A stretch of DNA of 64,000 bases from an uncultured Methanosarcinaceae archaeon (GTDB taxonomy: Archaea; Halobacteriota; Methanosarcinia; Methanosarcinales; Methanosarcinaceae). The position numbers were made by a program, and so were the translations under genes. The notes below the pieces were generated by a model that had not been told where the DNA came from, ran no database searches, and was given only the letters and a program-made list of their open reading frames with translations. This document shows positions 1 through 12,693 of the stretch, piece after piece; the first letter of the stretch is position 1, and each line of letters opens with the position of its first letter. The stretch lies in contig CAWHXP010000003.1 of NCBI GenBank assembly GCA_963833425.1, forward strand, positions 288,001-352,000, given 5' to 3'.

Positions 1-340
1 ATTACATATACTGAAAGCCTTTCTAAGAAAAAGCAGTTCGAAATAAAAGCCAATTTTTAGTGATATGAAAATAATTCAGATGAGAGAATAAACATACATA
101 AATAACCTTTCAAAATTGCCGAGTTTAACTTCGTGCGAGAGATAAAACATGATGACAAAAATAAAATAAGTTCATAATGTAACAATTGTAAAAAATACAT
201 GCGCCACATAATAAACTTTTTAATTGCGTGTTTATTTTTTTTGTAGAATAACAGATCTCCAAAAATAATTACATGAAAAATTACGCATCTCAAGACTCAA
301 TTTTTATAAAACATAAGAAGATTTGATTTTGAATTTGCGA

Positions 341-478
341 TCCACTTTCAGCAGACTTACAAATACTACCATATATTTTCTCAATATGATAGTACTTGAA
401 AATTAACCTAACTTTCAATGAGTAATATAGAGCAAATAGGCAAGAGATTATGCATCAATGTGTATCTCAAGAATGGGG
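341..478. mobile_element. ~139-bp MITE-like element, family C (IS1634-like ends)
   Basis: Aligns by eye over its full length with the reverse complement of 37096-37234 (catatattttctcaa...aattaa.ctaactt...aaataggca); left end tccactttcagcag. Confidence 0.65.
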
Positions 479-998
479 CATATTTCTATATTTATCTAAC
501 CGTTGGTTAAGTATCAAATTAGTTCTGTTTTCATTAGTTGATAGTACTCTATCGATTATATCTAAATATATTTGCCATGATGACTATGTTTACAAGTAGA
601 CTTGAGGTTTGATTAGAGATATATAAGTCAACTTACTCAGTATACATAAATATTTATTAAAATCACAAAGAGTTAATAAGTCAAGTCTTTTTGGCCAATG
701 CATTAAAGAATCTGAACTATCAAACCGCATAGTAACACAGTGACTTTTTAATATATTCTAAGATCTCCAAAAGGTACCATTAATTTCACTGATAAATGGC
801 TACAATCAATCAAAAATTTAGAAAATATTAAGAAGCACCAAATTCTTTGAGAAATTAATGTCATTAAACTGTTAATTGCCGAAATATAGAATTAAATAAC
901 ATGTATATTGCACTTAATTTTAGAGTTCAAGAGCTTAAGTCCTATAGTTACACAAAAATGAAACCGATATATTTTTTAAAAGAGTCTACGTATTTGGA

Positions 999-1535
999 AA
1001 ATACAAGACCCTTGTTGAAAAAGCTTCAAAAAATAGGCTTAAAGCTTATTTTATAGATGCAAAGAACATTCCGATTGAACACCGTACTGTTCTGAAGTGC
1101 GCTTACGTCTGTAAAGATTATGAAACAAAATCAAGCTGCCCACCTTATGTTATGTCAACCGATGAGTTCAAGAAGGTTATGTGGAAAACAACAGTGCACT
1201 TTTCATTGTAGACGAACACGATACCGCAGAAATTTCCGATATTTATGAAACCTAGTCAGGTCTTAGGAAGGACTCTTCAATAAATGTCCGAGCTTAAGCA
1301 GGAGTCTTTCAGGGAAGGCTTCACTTTCGCACATCTTTTGAGAGCTGGTCACTGTAACGAATGTGAGGTAGGTAACCTTGAAAAGTGTGTAAAGCCAGAA
1401 ATGAGACGTTTCACACTTGGAGCTGTGGGAATAAATCTTCTGAAGATAATGGAAGGTTTTGGACTCGCACCTGAGTTATGTAAGCCTGTAAAAACTGAGT
1501 CTATATTAATTTTCTTATTGAGTAAATTTATGTGA
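999..1535 (+). pseudogene. DUF2284-family metal-binding protein, frameshifted
   Basis: Frame 1 reads KYKTLVEKA...VLKCAYVCKDY..KSSCPPY. After two frameshifts and a stop it continues in the 1284..1535 ORF (AGHCNECE...C.KPEMRRF..GAVGIN), the typical DUF2284 Cys motifs. Confidence 0.75.
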
Positions 1536-1740
1536 AAATCGAGAGAACTTAAATAGAAAGTTCACTACCTAATAGATAATTATCTCTCTATTTCTGCCTG
1601 CCTCTTAATCATCTGGATCCATTGTAGCCCCAATGCAGGATAAGCAAGCTACTAATTTCGGTTTTCATGGAGTTTATCGAAATTAAGCAAAAGTGCGAGC
1701 AATGTGCAAGCCTTAAATAAATTAACTTGCAATTAATGCA

Positions 1741-1879
1741 CCCTGAATTCCGCAGGTAAATGCAAATGTAAAATTTGTTTGTCTATTCCATTATTATTCA
1801 TTAAAAGTTGAATTAATTCATAAGCTCTGCAATACTGAGAAAAGAAATTGAATTATTATGTACTTCTGCGGAAAATGGG
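1741..1879. mobile_element. ~139-bp MITE-like element, family C
   Basis: Inverted ends ccctgaattccgcag / ctgcggaaaatggg; interior matches 47441-47516 and 37096-37234. Confidence 0.65.
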
Positions 1880-1991
1880 ATCATCAAATAAGTATAATTT
1901 TTCAAAACTCAGGGTTATAATGTCATAATTATTTTTACAGTATATTAAAGATAGCTGAGAGAGAACGAGAAATGAAGCTGAATCAATTAAA

Positions 1992-2080
1992 TAGAATTTC
2001 TATAAATCCCCCACATTTCAATAAATTGCTTTCATAAACTTATTAACAAACACCAAAAATTGGTGTTTATCTAACTCTTC
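1992..2080. mobile_element. ~89-bp MITE, family A (IS5-type ends), degenerate
   Basis: Ends agaatttctataaat / gtttatctaactcttc; interior resembles 53000-53090. Confidence 0.6.
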
Positions 2081-2241
2081 TCAAATTTAGTTTTATTTTC
2101 TTCCAGATATATTCAAATAGCTTATAAGAATATTGAAATTATCAAATATACTCTTACAAAATAACAAGCAATTCCATATATGATATTAACTCTTGAATAT
2201 ATATCTAGAAAAAGACATAGAAAACTGGAGGTTTTTTCAAA

Positions 2242-2949
2242 TTGAATTCTGAAAAGCTAAAAATAGCTGTCCTTGGAGGAACCGGGAATATAGGGGAAGG
2301 AATGGTGCTCAGACTAGCCCTCCAAAACCTAATGACTGAAGGCGTAAAGAATGAAGTCATTGTTGGGTCCAGGTCCAGAGAAACTGCAATTGAAGCCGCA
2401 AAAAAAGCCTTATCAGAACTTGAAAATTGTGGATTTGATACATCCAGAATAACTATCACAGGGAGTACAAACCTGGAAGCTGCACAAGCAGCTGAAATAA
2501 TAGTTCTTACAATCAATTTTGATTATGTTTTGCCCCTGCTGGATGAAATCAGGAGTGCTCTTGAAGGCAAAATTGTTATCACTCCTGTGGTCCCAATGGT
2601 AAAAGAAGGAAATCTTTTTTTGTATAAACCCCCTTATGAGGGTTCTGCAGCTCTTGCAATCCAGAAAAGAGTTCCTGACTCCACAAAGGTTGTTGCAGCC
2701 TTCCATAATGTTTCTTCAGCGAAATTGAAAGACATTGTCAAATGTAAATCCGTATACGACGCACCGGTATGCAGTGATGATGCTGAAGCGAAAAAACTGG
2801 TCATGGAGCTCACACGGCATATGGGCTGTCTCAAACCACTTGATGGAGGTCCCCTTAAACTTGCAAGCACAATGGAGTCGCTGACACCCTTGCTAATCAA
2901 TATCTCAAAACTTAATGGACTTAAAAATCTCGGGATTAATATTTCTTGA
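2242..2949 (+). CDS. npdG: NADPH-dependent F420 reductase (F420H2:NADP+ oxidoreductase family)
   Basis: KIAVLGGTGNIGEG Rossmann motif, VGSRS, VVAAFHNVS, DGGPL..A..MESLTPLLIN; GGAGG RBS before the TTG start. Confidence 0.9.
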   Translation: MNSEKLKIAVLGGTGNIGEGMVLRLALQNLMTEGVKNEVIVGSRSRETAIEAAKKALSELENCGFDTSRITITGSTNLEAAQAAEIIVLTINFDYVLPLLDEIRSALEGKIVITPVVPMVKEGNLFLYKPPYEGSAALAIQKRVPDSTKVVAAFHNVSSAKLKDIVKCKSVYDAPVCSDDAEAKKLVMELTRHMGCLKPLDGGPLKLASTMESLTPLLINISKLNGLKNLGINIS

Positions 2950-3418
2950 TTTTAGCGAAAAACATGACAATATGGGAAAAGCAACAGCAAAAAGGGAGAT
3001 GTGGAAATAAAGAATAGATGCTAAATCAGAGGTATATGGAATTTTTTTAAATTAACTTATTTGAGTTTTCGATGGCAATTCACGCATTAGTTTTTCGACA
3101 GTTTTGAAAACAAAAATTTGGGCAAATCTGTTAAATAACGATCAGAGATTTTATGCCAAAAAAGGACACTATGAGTACACTTTAATTTATTTAAATAATT
3201 TATTGGAGGAACTCCATATTTGTTCTAGGTGTAATAATTCGCTATTGAACCAGATAGGATTTCAATAGAATAATTATATTAGGAATTCATATGATATCGC
3301 TATTGCTATTGGTACTGTTATTATTATTGAGCGCAAACAAATTAAAAAATGTTAAGAGCTTCATTTCGCATTAAAGTTTTCAGAGGTTCATTCAAAGATT
3401 CTGAGAAAGATAGCTTTT

Positions 3419-4680
3419 TCAGCCAAAATCTGGACTATCAAGCATTGCCTTAAATACATCTTCTTGCAGTACAATTTTCAAATTAAGTGCTTGCAACTGC
3501 TTTTGTAACTGCAGGTTCTCCATTCTTGTCAAGGACGCCAGGGATGATACGTTTTCAAAAAGATCGCCGATCGTTACGAATCTGGTAAGGGCATTTGCCG
3601 CAGCCATCTCCATCCCATATGTCATTTTTCTCGCACAGGTACAAAGAGCATCTTTGAAAATGCCCGAAAAATTCATACAATTGTTAAGTTGACTGGGAAA
3701 GTCCGACCTTCCTCTAGCAACGATCCTGGATACGGCTCTTTTTGCAGTATTTGACACAATTTCAAGGACATAGGGCTTTATGACCATAATGATTGCATCT
3801 TTTTTCATCGAACTAACCTTTCATCGTGACGATATTACCGACAGAAACTCCAATAAAAAGGTCAACATTATGTAGGGCATTTTTGAGGTCACCTTTTAAT
3901 TTTTAGGGATTTATGAGTCTAGAAATCCCATCTTTCGAGGAGCTCATACACTCTTCCCGCCCCTCATATGATAGTCCTTGCTGTCGCAGGTAAGGATTTT
4001 GTGTAGGATCAGCTCCTGCCCTGATACGGAATTTGAGAATTGTAACACCTCACCAGCGATACCTAAAAAATTATTTTGAGATCTTCTAAATCTTTGTGCA
4101 CAATTTTGATGGCATCAAAAAGACCTGAAAGAACTATAATAGCTGTCCAGTGTGATAATCATGGAAAACAGGAACTCAAAGTTATTCACAAAGTCTTGCT
4201 TCGATTTCGAAGCAACGAGGTGAGCTGATATCTTCAAAGTTGATGCCTCCAAAGACGGGAACAATGTACTTGACAGCCTTTATCACCTCTTCGGTATCCT
4301 GAATGTCCAGGCAGATAGGAAAAGCGTTAATATTAGCAAATTCTTTGAAAATAATTGCTTTTCCCTCCATAACAGACAAAGCAGCATAAGGTCCTATATT
4401 TCCAAACCCGAATACTGAAGACCAGTCTGCGAAATAGCAACTGTATTCTTCGTTATGGTATAAAGGTAGACAAGATCTGGATTGTTGCTTATTTTCTTGA
4501 AGAGCTCGGCAACTCGTGGTGTATAGACAATACTAAAATCATGATTGTCAGAAGATGAAATTTACTTGTATTCCGAAGCACATCTCCAAGTTTTTTGTTT
4601 ATGAAAAGAGACTCTTGATATAATGAAGCATGTGTATCTCTATCTTTCTACGAATTAGTTCCAAATTCTTTTCGATATCC
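3419..4680 (-). pseudogene. NAD(P)-dependent malic enzyme, multiply disrupted
   Basis: Fragments VYTPRVAE, GFGNIGPYAALSVMEGKAIIFKEFANINAFPICLD, FGGINFEDISSPRCFEIE and ARGRSDFPSQLNN occur in different frames with stops. Confidence 0.9.
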
Positions 4681-4858
4681 TTTTTAAGATCATTTTCCGA
4701 ACTTAAAAGTGAACGATGTTCCTGATCCCAATAACTACTGTGATCTTATCAAAATCTGGCCAATGTTTTCTCCAAAATATTACACATACTATTCTTACAT
4801 TTAGGAAAGTATTAAATTACTACTCAAAACAACAAAAAGCTTTAAAAGATAAATTTAT

Positions 4859-5728
4859 TCATATTCCCAGCATCATCCTAATAGTATTCCTAGCTGCAGG
4901 AGAAAGCCCAAGAATCAAAAGAGTCATTTTGATAAGCATTTTCATTTTAGAGGACTGTTCGTCATCCTCAAACTGAGTTTCAAGCAAGTAAAGAACTCCA
5001 ATAAAGATAATAAATTTCAAAGGATACATAACCAATGCAGTACCAGTAAACTGAATAAGGTATGTAGGTACAACATGTTTTTCATAGTAGCCTAGTTTGT
5101 CTACTCCTACATATGTTGAAGAAGCGTCCATCAGCTGAGCCAGCAGGATGGAGATGTTAAGTGGGTCGGTAAATATAGAGGATTTTAAACAACGGGCAAC
5201 TATGTAGAAAGCAACTGTCAATCCTATTCCTGTTCCAACTACAAAGAGGGAGATATAAGGGGCCACCAAGTGTTCGAAATGTAGGAGGATAATTATATTT
5301 ACAAAGAACCATCCAAGTCCAAAGCCTGCAAAGACTTGATGAAAATCATTCAACAAACCTGCCTTCTGGAGCCGGATGGAAAGCCAGAGGCAGCTTACAG
5401 TTACCGCAAAGACAACAAAGTAAATATTTGGAGTTATGAGCAGGTAGCTTAATGGTGGATGAACTATACCTGCATGAGAATCTGCTAAAACGCGCAGCGA
5501 GGAACCTGCAAGCACGAAAGGTAGGACAGAGGCAATGAAGCGGTTTGTGATTTTTAACTCCAATTTCTCGAGAAGCCTAAAAACTCCAAATATGCAAATC
5601 CCAAGTACCACTGCCCAGGTGAAAGTGTTTACAGGGTTATACCCTGAATCAGTCCGTATGGGATCGAGATAATAGATATTGACAAACTGTGAAATATTAT
5701 CTATTAAATAATTCATCTTATCACTCAT
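4859..5728 (-). CDS. DUF63 family archaeal membrane protein
   Basis: GYNPVNT, GSSLRVLAD, DASSTYVG...Y.EKHVVP, LGLSPAARN.IRM motifs; multiple TM helices. Confidence 0.85.
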   Translation of the reverse strand: MSDKMNYLIDNISQFVNIYYLDPIRTDSGYNPVNTFTWAVVLGICIFGVFRLLEKLELKITNRFIASVLPFVLAGSSLRVLADSHAGIVHPPLSYLLITPNIYFVVFAVTVSCLWLSIRLQKAGLLNDFHQVFAGFGLGWFFVNIIILLHFEHLVAPYISLFVVGTGIGLTVAFYIVARCLKSSIFTDPLNISILLAQLMDASSTYVGVDKLGYYEKHVVPTYLIQFTGTALVMYPLKFIIFIGVLYLLETQFEDDEQSSKMKMLIKMTLLILGLSPAARNTIRMMLGI

Positions 5729-5790
5729 AGGATTTATTCACTTGAGTATTTAAATCAATACATTTTAATTTATAAAAAATGATGTCTCTG

Positions 5791-5879
5791 GGGAATTTCG
5801 ATAAACTCTGAATTTGTTTTCATTTGTGATAAATTGAATACAAATACCTCATGAAAATCAGAAGTTAATCGAAATACTC
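5791..5879. mobile_element. ~89-bp MITE, family A
   Basis: Ends gggaatttcgataaact / agttaatcgaaatactc match the IS5 termini at 44686 and 45818. Confidence 0.8.
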
Positions 5880-5939
5880 TCCAGACAGTTTGATATTTTA
5901 TGCAACTGATATTCAGTACTACATCAATTAGTAGTCGAT

Positions 5940-6240
5940 TCTAAAGCAAATTGCTTATGCAATAACAAGAAAGGGCAATAGCAAGTTGAAAGAATTTTTT
6001 AATTGTAAAAAGAAATTAATAGGTATAAAAAGCAATTACTGTTCTGCAAGGGAAATTACCACCACCTATACACCTGTTTACCAATGCCGCGATATACGAA
6101 AGCGGAACTGGATAGTAAAAAGAGAAAATTCAAAAGAGAAAAATTGTCGGGATTCAAACATTCTCGACTGATAAGCATTCAAATGCAATTAGTGGAATAA
6201 TCGCAATTATGGAATAAGATGACAGGGAAAGTACATGAGG
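5940..6240 (+). mobile_element. IS110-family transposase 3' remnant
   Basis: Degenerate QIA.A..RKGNSKLKEFFN.KKK.IG.KKAI...AR.I, characteristic of the IS110 C-terminus; similar to the remnant at 51475-51990. Confidence 0.65.
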
Positions 6241-6721
6241 AATTAGTTTAGTTACTTACTTGAATATTCAATCATGTTCAATTGATTTTAAGAGATTTTA
6301 ATTCCCAAAAGCTCGAATAAAAAAACATATTGAGATTCTCAAAGGCTTTGATGCAGTAATATCCTTTAGTAGACATGTTATTTGCTTCATTTACGATCCT
6401 GGATCAACTTTCCGCAGACGTACACTAGAATGCCATCTATTTCCTCAATATGACAGGAGCTTAAAAATGAATCTGGCTTTCGATGAAGAAAAATAGTAAT
6501 TGGGCAAAAAAACTATAAAATTATATAAAATATGGAATTTAGGCTAGATATGTCCATTAAAATTTTATTTTGAGATAAATACTTCATTGGCAGAAAACTA
6601 TTTGATTCCGATCCAAATTCTTTAATAAAAAAGGCAGATAAAACAAATGGAATGTTGATATATGATTGCCTTGGAATAACATGAACTTATTATTGACGAC
6701 TAAGAAAGAGGATAATTATGT

Positions 6722-7330
6722 AGAACTTACGCAGTAGCAGGCTCTACCAATAACCCTCTAACTTTTTCAATATTATAATAAATTTCAATTGTTCTTAGTT
6801 GACTAATGTATACTATTTCTTTTATTTTGTGAATTTTTTATAGCTTCAAATCAAAAGATCCAGTTTCTGATTCTTTGTACCATGGGATTTAGCATAGCCA
6901 TCAATGAAACATATATATACTCTCTTTGACTCGTTTTTACAGTATATTTTTATGTACTAAATAATTGTGTCATCTCTCTATGGCACCCTTTAGCTTTCAG
7001 TATTTTTTTATATCTTTTTATGGATTCATCCATATCAAACACATTTGTGACCAGTATACATGTCTTCGTTTTTAAAAACTATCCTGAATACTTTCACAAA
7101 CTCTTATGCTTTTAGATGAACCACAACCATTTCTTTAAGGATCTAAACATTTTTGAGCGGCATATTTTCTCACAATCAAAATTTATCAAAAGATTTGTTT
7201 TTAATATCGCCCAAAAATGCTATTGTTCTTCATAGATGTTATTGTTCTTCTTTTATAGCTTTGAGGTTCTTTACGCTTGATTATTACGCGTCTAAGCAGT
7301 ATGAATTTCGATTAAATATAAGTTATTTGG
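6722..7330 (-). mobile_element. IS701-family transposase remnant with terminal repeat
   Basis: Degenerate SVKNLKAI, VVHLKA..FVKVFRIV, ESQR; terminus agaacttacgcagt at 6722. Confidence 0.7.
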
Positions 7331-7390
7331 TTTCATCAAAGTATCAAGATTATATTCAGAGGTCCTATACTCAAAATCGATAAACTGTGA

Positions 7391-8224
7391 TTAGACATCT
7401 ACTTTATCAAATCTCCAGAGTACGATGGATAGCATTACGAGAGCAAAAAATATGAGACCCGCGAAAGACATAATGATATCTGCGGTCGTATAAATATAAT
7501 GGCCTCCCATTACAGAGAAATTAGTTCCTAGCGCAAAATACCGAATTCCATTTGAAAGAAGAGTTAACGGGTTGAATATTGACAGAACCTTGAGAACCTC
7601 GGGAAAAGAATCAATTGGATATAGAGCATTGCTTACGAAGAACAGAGGCATGCTGAGCAGAGTTAGAATAGATTGCATCCCTTCAGGCTGATCAACGGTA
7701 ATAGCAATTGATCCTGAAAGGAAGAAAAATCCTAAGGTAAAAATTCCCACTAATAAAAAAATACCCACGACTGAGACAAGAGTTTGAGTAGTATCATATC
7801 CTTTAAAAAAACTCATCCCGATCAGTTTCCCAAATACTATAATGATACCCGTCTGAATGAATGCTTTCGTAATGCTTGAAAGTCCGATGCCCATGACAAT
7901 ATTTATTCGTGGGGCAGGACTTGCGAGAGTCTCTTTCAATAAGCTGTATTTCTTATCAAATAGGAGAGAAGTACCTCCAAAAAGACTGCTAAATAATACA
8001 TCCATTGCAATAATTCCAGCTCCCATGTAGGTAAGGTAATCGACAGTAGGAATCCCTGGAGTGCTGGGAAGTAAGGAAGTAAGTTTATCAAAACTTTTTG
8101 ACATTGCTAACCCAAAAAATGCAAGCCACATAACAGGTTGGATTAAGGAACTGAAGAGCGTTGATTTAAATCTGAAAAACTTTACCATTTCTCTCCAGTA
8201 CACAGCACGAAATTCAAAGTTCAT
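7391..8224 (-). CDS. ABC-2 type transporter permease (DrrB-like)
   Basis: QPVMWL..FG, PLFFVSNALYP, NPLT motifs; about 6 TM segments; overlaps the ATPase stop. Confidence 0.9.
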   Translation of the reverse strand: MNFEFRAVYWREMVKFFRFKSTLFSSLIQPVMWLAFFGLAMSKSFDKLTSLLPSTPGIPTVDYLTYMGAGIIAMDVLFSSLFGGTSLLFDKKYSLLKETLASPAPRINIVMGIGLSSITKAFIQTGIIIVFGKLIGMSFFKGYDTTQTLVSVVGIFLLVGIFTLGFFFLSGSIAITVDQPEGMQSILTLLSMPLFFVSNALYPIDSFPEVLKVLSIFNPLTLLSNGIRYFALGTNFSVMGGHYIYTTADIIMSFAGLIFFALVMLSIVLWRFDKVDV

Positions 8225-9210
8225 TTCAAAACCTCCGCAATTTTGATCTCTGCGTGCTGCTCCTCAAGTTCTCCTTCCCTTAAACCATGACCAGTATAGT
8301 GTATAAAAACATCATCCATTGAGGGCTTTTTAATATTTACTATCGTGATCTCTATTCCATTTTGCCTGACCTTATCCATAATTTTTGGCAAAATATGCGT
8401 TACATCTCCCCCAAGCATCACTCTGAGGAATTTTGTATCTTCGTTTACTCCTTTCACCGATTCAAGTGTCTTTATAATCCCTGCAGCAGTTTTATTATCG
8501 CTGGTTTCTAAATATATAAGATCTTCACCAAGCTGATTTTTTAAATCCGAAACACTCCCTGTTGTGATTATTTTCCCGTGATCGATTATGCTGATCCTGT
8601 CGCTGAGCTGATCAGCTTCTTCCATATAATGAGTAGTCAAGAAAATAGTAGTACCTTCTCTTTTAATCTCTCTCAAATACTCCCAGATTCTCATTCTCGT
8701 CTGGATGTCAAAACCTACAGTTGGTTCGTCAAGGAAGAGAACTGAAGGTTTTGTCATTAATCCTCTTGCAAGTTCAAGCCTTCGCTTCATACCCCCACTT
8801 AGGTCCTTAGCTAAGACATTCCTCTTAGTTTCCAGTTCAGTAAGTTTAATGAGTTCATTAATCCTGTTTCTTCTTTCATTTTTTGGCATTGCGTATATTT
8901 TGCCATGATATTCTAAGTTCTCAAACACAGTCATTTCATAATCAATGCACATCATCTGAAAAACAATGCCTATTGACCTTCTAACTTCTTTGGATTCTTT
9001 TGCTACATTATACCCGTTGACCTTAGCCTCACCCTTCTGGATTTTACGAAGTGTGGTTAGAATATTTATTACTGTACTTTTACCCGCTCCATTTGGACCT
9101 AAAAATGAAAATATTTCTCCTTTTTTCACCGTGAAACTTATATTATCTACTGCTTTTAAGTCATCGTATTTATGTTCAAGGTTATTTACTTCTATGACGT
9201 TTGTGGTCAT
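8221..9210 (-). CDS. ABC transporter ATP-binding protein (DrrA-like)
   Basis: Walker A GPNGAGKST, signature LSGGMKRR, Walker B LFLDEPT, TTHYMEEAD. Confidence 0.95.
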   Translation of the reverse strand: MTTNVIEVNNLEHKYDDLKAVDNISFTVKKGEIFSFLGPNGAGKSTVINILTTLRKIQKGEAKVNGYNVAKESKEVRRSIGIVFQMMCIDYEMTVFENLEYHGKIYAMPKNERRNRINELIKLTELETKRNVLAKDLSGGMKRRLELARGLMTKPSVLFLDEPTVGFDIQTRMRIWEYLREIKREGTTIFLTTHYMEEADQLSDRISIIDHGKIITTGSVSDLKNQLGEDLIYLETSDNKTAAGIIKTLESVKGVNEDTKFLRVMLGGDVTHILPKIMDKVRQNGIEITIVNIKKPSMDDVFIHYTGHGLREGELEEQHAEIKIAEVLK

Positions 9211-9748
9211 GGTAAATCAAGCCCCCCTTTACCAAATAGTATCTACATAAGCCACTCATACTAGACACCAATTTTGAGCAGCTATAAATTAACAATTTAC
9301 TTATTGGAACTAATAAGTTTGAATAAATATCTTGATAGTTTTACACAAGTAGTTGCATCTCCGAATGTATATATAAATAGGAAATATAACTTCTAAACTG
9401 ATTTCTGAATGGTTCTTTGTTTTTGGATATCTCTAGGTGAGTGTATTTGACTGATTTTATCCTGTTTTGTAAAATACAAACCAATAATTAGTAAATTTGT
9501 TTTTAAGAATTTTTTTCCTTAAAATTGGGCAGCACAGAATTAAATATTGATATTTTCATGATTAAGTTTCCCTTGCCAGACATATCTACTGTAAACTCAC
9601 AGACTTGCGGAAAACTATTTGGAGACTCCGTTCAGAGAATTTTGGAAATAACATAAATCGAGTAACAGAAGCTGACCACAATTTCCTTCTTCATCATTTA
9701 TGAGCGAGAAACGAAATACAGTTACATTTAGTAGATATTAAATTTAAG

Positions 9749-9772
9749 AATAAATAAATAAATAAATAAATA
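9749..9772. repeat. (AATA)6 microsatellite
   Basis: aataaataaataaataaataaata read directly. Confidence 0.9.
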
Positions 9773-10118
9773 GAATCTATAAATATAATTCAACTTTACC
9801 ATGTTTAAGGTAAGTACATTTGTTTAATTATGACTTGGGTACTATTTAATACATATGACATTGCTAAGGCAACTATTAGTTAAAATCGATGAAGATACGG
9901 TAAAAAAAGATTTGATTTAAAAAAATCCTTTAGACTAAACTACAAAAAGCATGGATGAAGGCTTTTTCAAGATGAAAATTAAAGGATTCCCACTAAGTTT
10001 AATGCTCAGGCTGCAAAGCAGCCTATTAACACACTCATAAAAGAGTTCTGATTTTAAAATCCTCTTCTTCTTTTGGAAAAATGTCCTTATTTTTACTTTC
10101 ACCATTTTAATGTCAGGC

Positions 10119-11312
10119 TCAATGTAGTATAATTTCGCCCAGATCTGTATATCTACCTTTTCCTATTATTACGCCGGTATTTATACTTGTATTAATACCG
10201 GTATGCACATCGTCTCCCATAATCACACCAAGTTTTCTCCTACCAGAGTCGAGAACTTTGCCCTTAAGTCTAACTCGTACATTTTTCCCGTCATGTCGGA
10301 GATTTGCAACTTTCGTGCCAGCTCCAAAATTACAGCGCCGTCCAATTACACTATCGCCTACATAACTCAAGTGCCCTACATGGGTACCTTCCATAATGAT
10401 CGAATTCTTTATTTCCACTGCATTTCCAACCCTGACATTTTTCCCGATAGCAGTGTAAGGACGAATAAAGCAGTTCGGACCTATATCACAGTTTTCCCCC
10501 ATTACAACAGGCCCTTCGATATACGAACCGCTCCTTATAAGAGTGTCTTTCCCGATAACAACTTCGCCTTTTATGGCTGTATCAGGTTCCACTATGCCTT
10601 CACAGCTGCCTTTTAGACCTTTCAAAAGGTTTTCATTTGCTTTCAGAAGATCCCATGGATATCCGATATCTATCCACTTGCCTTCCAAAGTACTATAACC
10701 CACAGTCACTCCACTATCTATTAACATCTGGATAGAATCTGTAATCTCAAATTCGTTTCTTACTGAAGTAGGGGTTCTAGCAATGAAATCAAATATTGAG
10801 TCTCTGAAGAGATATATTCCGGCATTTGCAAGGTTAGTAGGAGGATTTACAGGTTTTTCAATGACCTTGACCACTTTGTTATTTTTGATCTCGGTCACCC
10901 CAAAATCAGACGGGTTATCCACCTCTTTCACACAGATAACAGCTTCTTCTGATCTTGAAATCAAGATTTTTAAGTCCTCTTTCCCGATTAGCATGTCTCC
11001 ATTAAGTACAAGAAAAGCCTCTTCGACATAGCCTTTTGCATAACCGATTGCATTAGCAGTTCCTAACTGCTCCTTTTGTCGTACGTAATCTATGCTTAAT
11101 CCAAATTTACTTCCATCTCCGAAATACTCCCTTATCTGTTTTTCCATATATCCTGTAATGAAAATAAAACTTTCAATACCTACTTCTACCGCTGAGCTCA
11201 GGATATGTTCTAGAATGGGTTTATTTGCAACTGGGAGCATTACTTTAGGACATTCAGAAGTTAGAGGCTCCATCCTTGTGCCCTTGCCTGCCACAAGAAC
11301 AACTGCTTTCAT
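10119..11312 (-). CDS. glmU: Bifunctional sugar-1-phosphate nucleotidylyltransferase/acetyltransferase (archaeal GlmU)
   Basis: [11 protein letters not shown]...PK, EQLGTA, hexapeptide repeats, [14 protein letters not shown]. Confidence 0.9.
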   Translation of the reverse strand: MKAVVLVAGKGTRMEPLTSECPKVMLPVANKPILEHILSSAVEVGIESFIFITGYMEKQIREYFGDGSKFGLSIDYVRQKEQLGTANAIGYAKGYVEEAFLVLNGDMLIGKEDLKILISRSEEAVICVKEVDNPSDFGVTEIKNNKVVKVIEKPVNPPTNLANAGIYLFRDSIFDFIARTPTSVRNEFEITDSIQMLIDSGVTVGYSTLEGKWIDIGYPWDLLKANENLLKGLKGSCEGIVEPDTAIKGEVVIGKDTLIRSGSYIEGPVVMGENCDIGPNCFIRPYTAIGKNVRVGNAVEIKNSIIMEGTHVGHLSYVGDSVIGRRCNFGAGTKVANLRHDGKNVRVRLKGKVLDSGRRKLGVIMGDDVHTGINTSINTGVIIGKGRYTDLGEIILH

Positions 11313-12613
11313 TTAAGTGCCTCCTTCACTATATCTTTAGCCATTTCAAAAATTTCATCAACATTTTCCCTGGCTTCAGCAGTAATTCTCACTTTTGCCT
11401 CTGTACCTGAAGGACGTACAAGCACCCAACCGTTTTTCACTTTCACGCGGATGCCATCTATATCAAGAACTTCTCCCAGGGGCTTGAGATTCACCTTTAC
11501 CTTTTCCATAAACTCTGCCTTTTTTGCATTTTCACAGGGCAGAGTCCCTCTCTTCGTGGCATAACGAGGGAGCTCTGCCCTTAGTTCGCTTAGTTTCTTG
11601 TCCTTCACAATCTCGATGATCCTTGCAGCTGCATAAACTCCATCCGGACAGTAGGAGATTTTCGGGAAAATCCAGCTCCCTGAAGGTTCGCCTCCATAGG
11701 TGGCGTTGAACTTTTTTATACCTTCTGCAACATAGACATCTCCAACCTTTGTTCTCACGATTTTAGAACCTTTAAGGAAATCGTCAACAATCATTGAAGT
11801 GTCCACAGGCACAACCACGGTCCCTTTACTATATCCACATTCATAGAATCCGAAAATCGCAAGCAGCTCATCTCCTGACACGAAATTACCTCTCTCATCT
11901 ACTACCATCATTCTATCTGCATCACCGTCATGAGCTATACCAAGATCAGCTCCGAAATCCAAAACTGTTTTTTTGAGCAGAGAAAGGTTTTCATCGTTTG
12001 GTTCCGGGTTTCTTGCAGGGAAATGCCCATCAGGCTGAGCGTTAAGGGTTATTACTTCGCAACCCAGTTCCTGTAGAAGATAAGGACTAATCGTTCCTCC
12101 TGCTCCACACCCACAATCAAGTACTATTTTCAGACTAGAACTTTTTACTAATTTTTTGATCTTATTCATATGAGCCCGAATAGCATTTCCATCTTCTTCG
12201 AATTTGCCTATTAAGTTCCAGGGAACCCTTGTAAAACCCTCTTTTTCAATAGCTATTTCGATCTCATCCTGTTGGACTGAATCAAAAGCCATACCATCAG
12301 GATTCCAGAGCTTAATTCCTATATATTCAGAAGGATTATGTGAGGCTGTAACCATTACACCACATTCGTAAGCTCTTGCTGCATATGCCAGGGTAGGAGT
12401 AGTAACAAGGCCGATTTCTGAAACATCACAGCCTGCTGAAGTAAGTCCTGCTATGAGAGCGTGCTCTATCATAGGTGCTGAAACTCTTGGGTCCCTCCCA
12501 ATAACAGCAATTTTTTTCCGACTTCCCAATACAAGCCCGACTCTAAGTGCAAGTTCAGGCGTGATTTCTTTGTTTGCTATGCCCCTTATTCCTGAAGATC
12601 CAAAGAGTTTCAT
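11309..12613 (-). CDS. glmM: Phosphoglucosamine mutase
   Basis: [15 protein letters not shown] phosphoserine loop, DGDADR, RPSGTE; glm operon context. Confidence 0.9.
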   Translation of the reverse strand: MKLFGSSGIRGIANKEITPELALRVGLVLGSRKKIAVIGRDPRVSAPMIEHALIAGLTSAGCDVSEIGLVTTPTLAYAARAYECGVMVTASHNPSEYIGIKLWNPDGMAFDSVQQDEIEIAIEKEGFTRVPWNLIGKFEEDGNAIRAHMNKIKKLVKSSSLKIVLDCGCGAGGTISPYLLQELGCEVITLNAQPDGHFPARNPEPNDENLSLLKKTVLDFGADLGIAHDGDADRMMVVDERGNFVSGDELLAIFGFYECGYSKGTVVVPVDTSMIVDDFLKGSKIVRTKVGDVYVAEGIKKFNATYGGEPSGSWIFPKISYCPDGVYAAARIIEIVKDKKLSELRAELPRYATKRGTLPCENAKKAEFMEKVKVNLKPLGEVLDIDGIRVKVKNGWVLVRPSGTEAKVRITAEARENVDEIFEMAKDIVKEALK

Positions 12614-12693
12614 ATGTCCCGCTCCGCTATTCCCTTAAATAATTCTCCCTAAATTTTCGTTGTTTTCAATTTTGAAATATTCAACCCATATTA

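Noticed and set aside
1252..1256. In-frame TAG in the DUF2284 region as a pyrrolysine codon
   Set aside because: The gene also has frameshifts on both sides, so ordinary decay explains it
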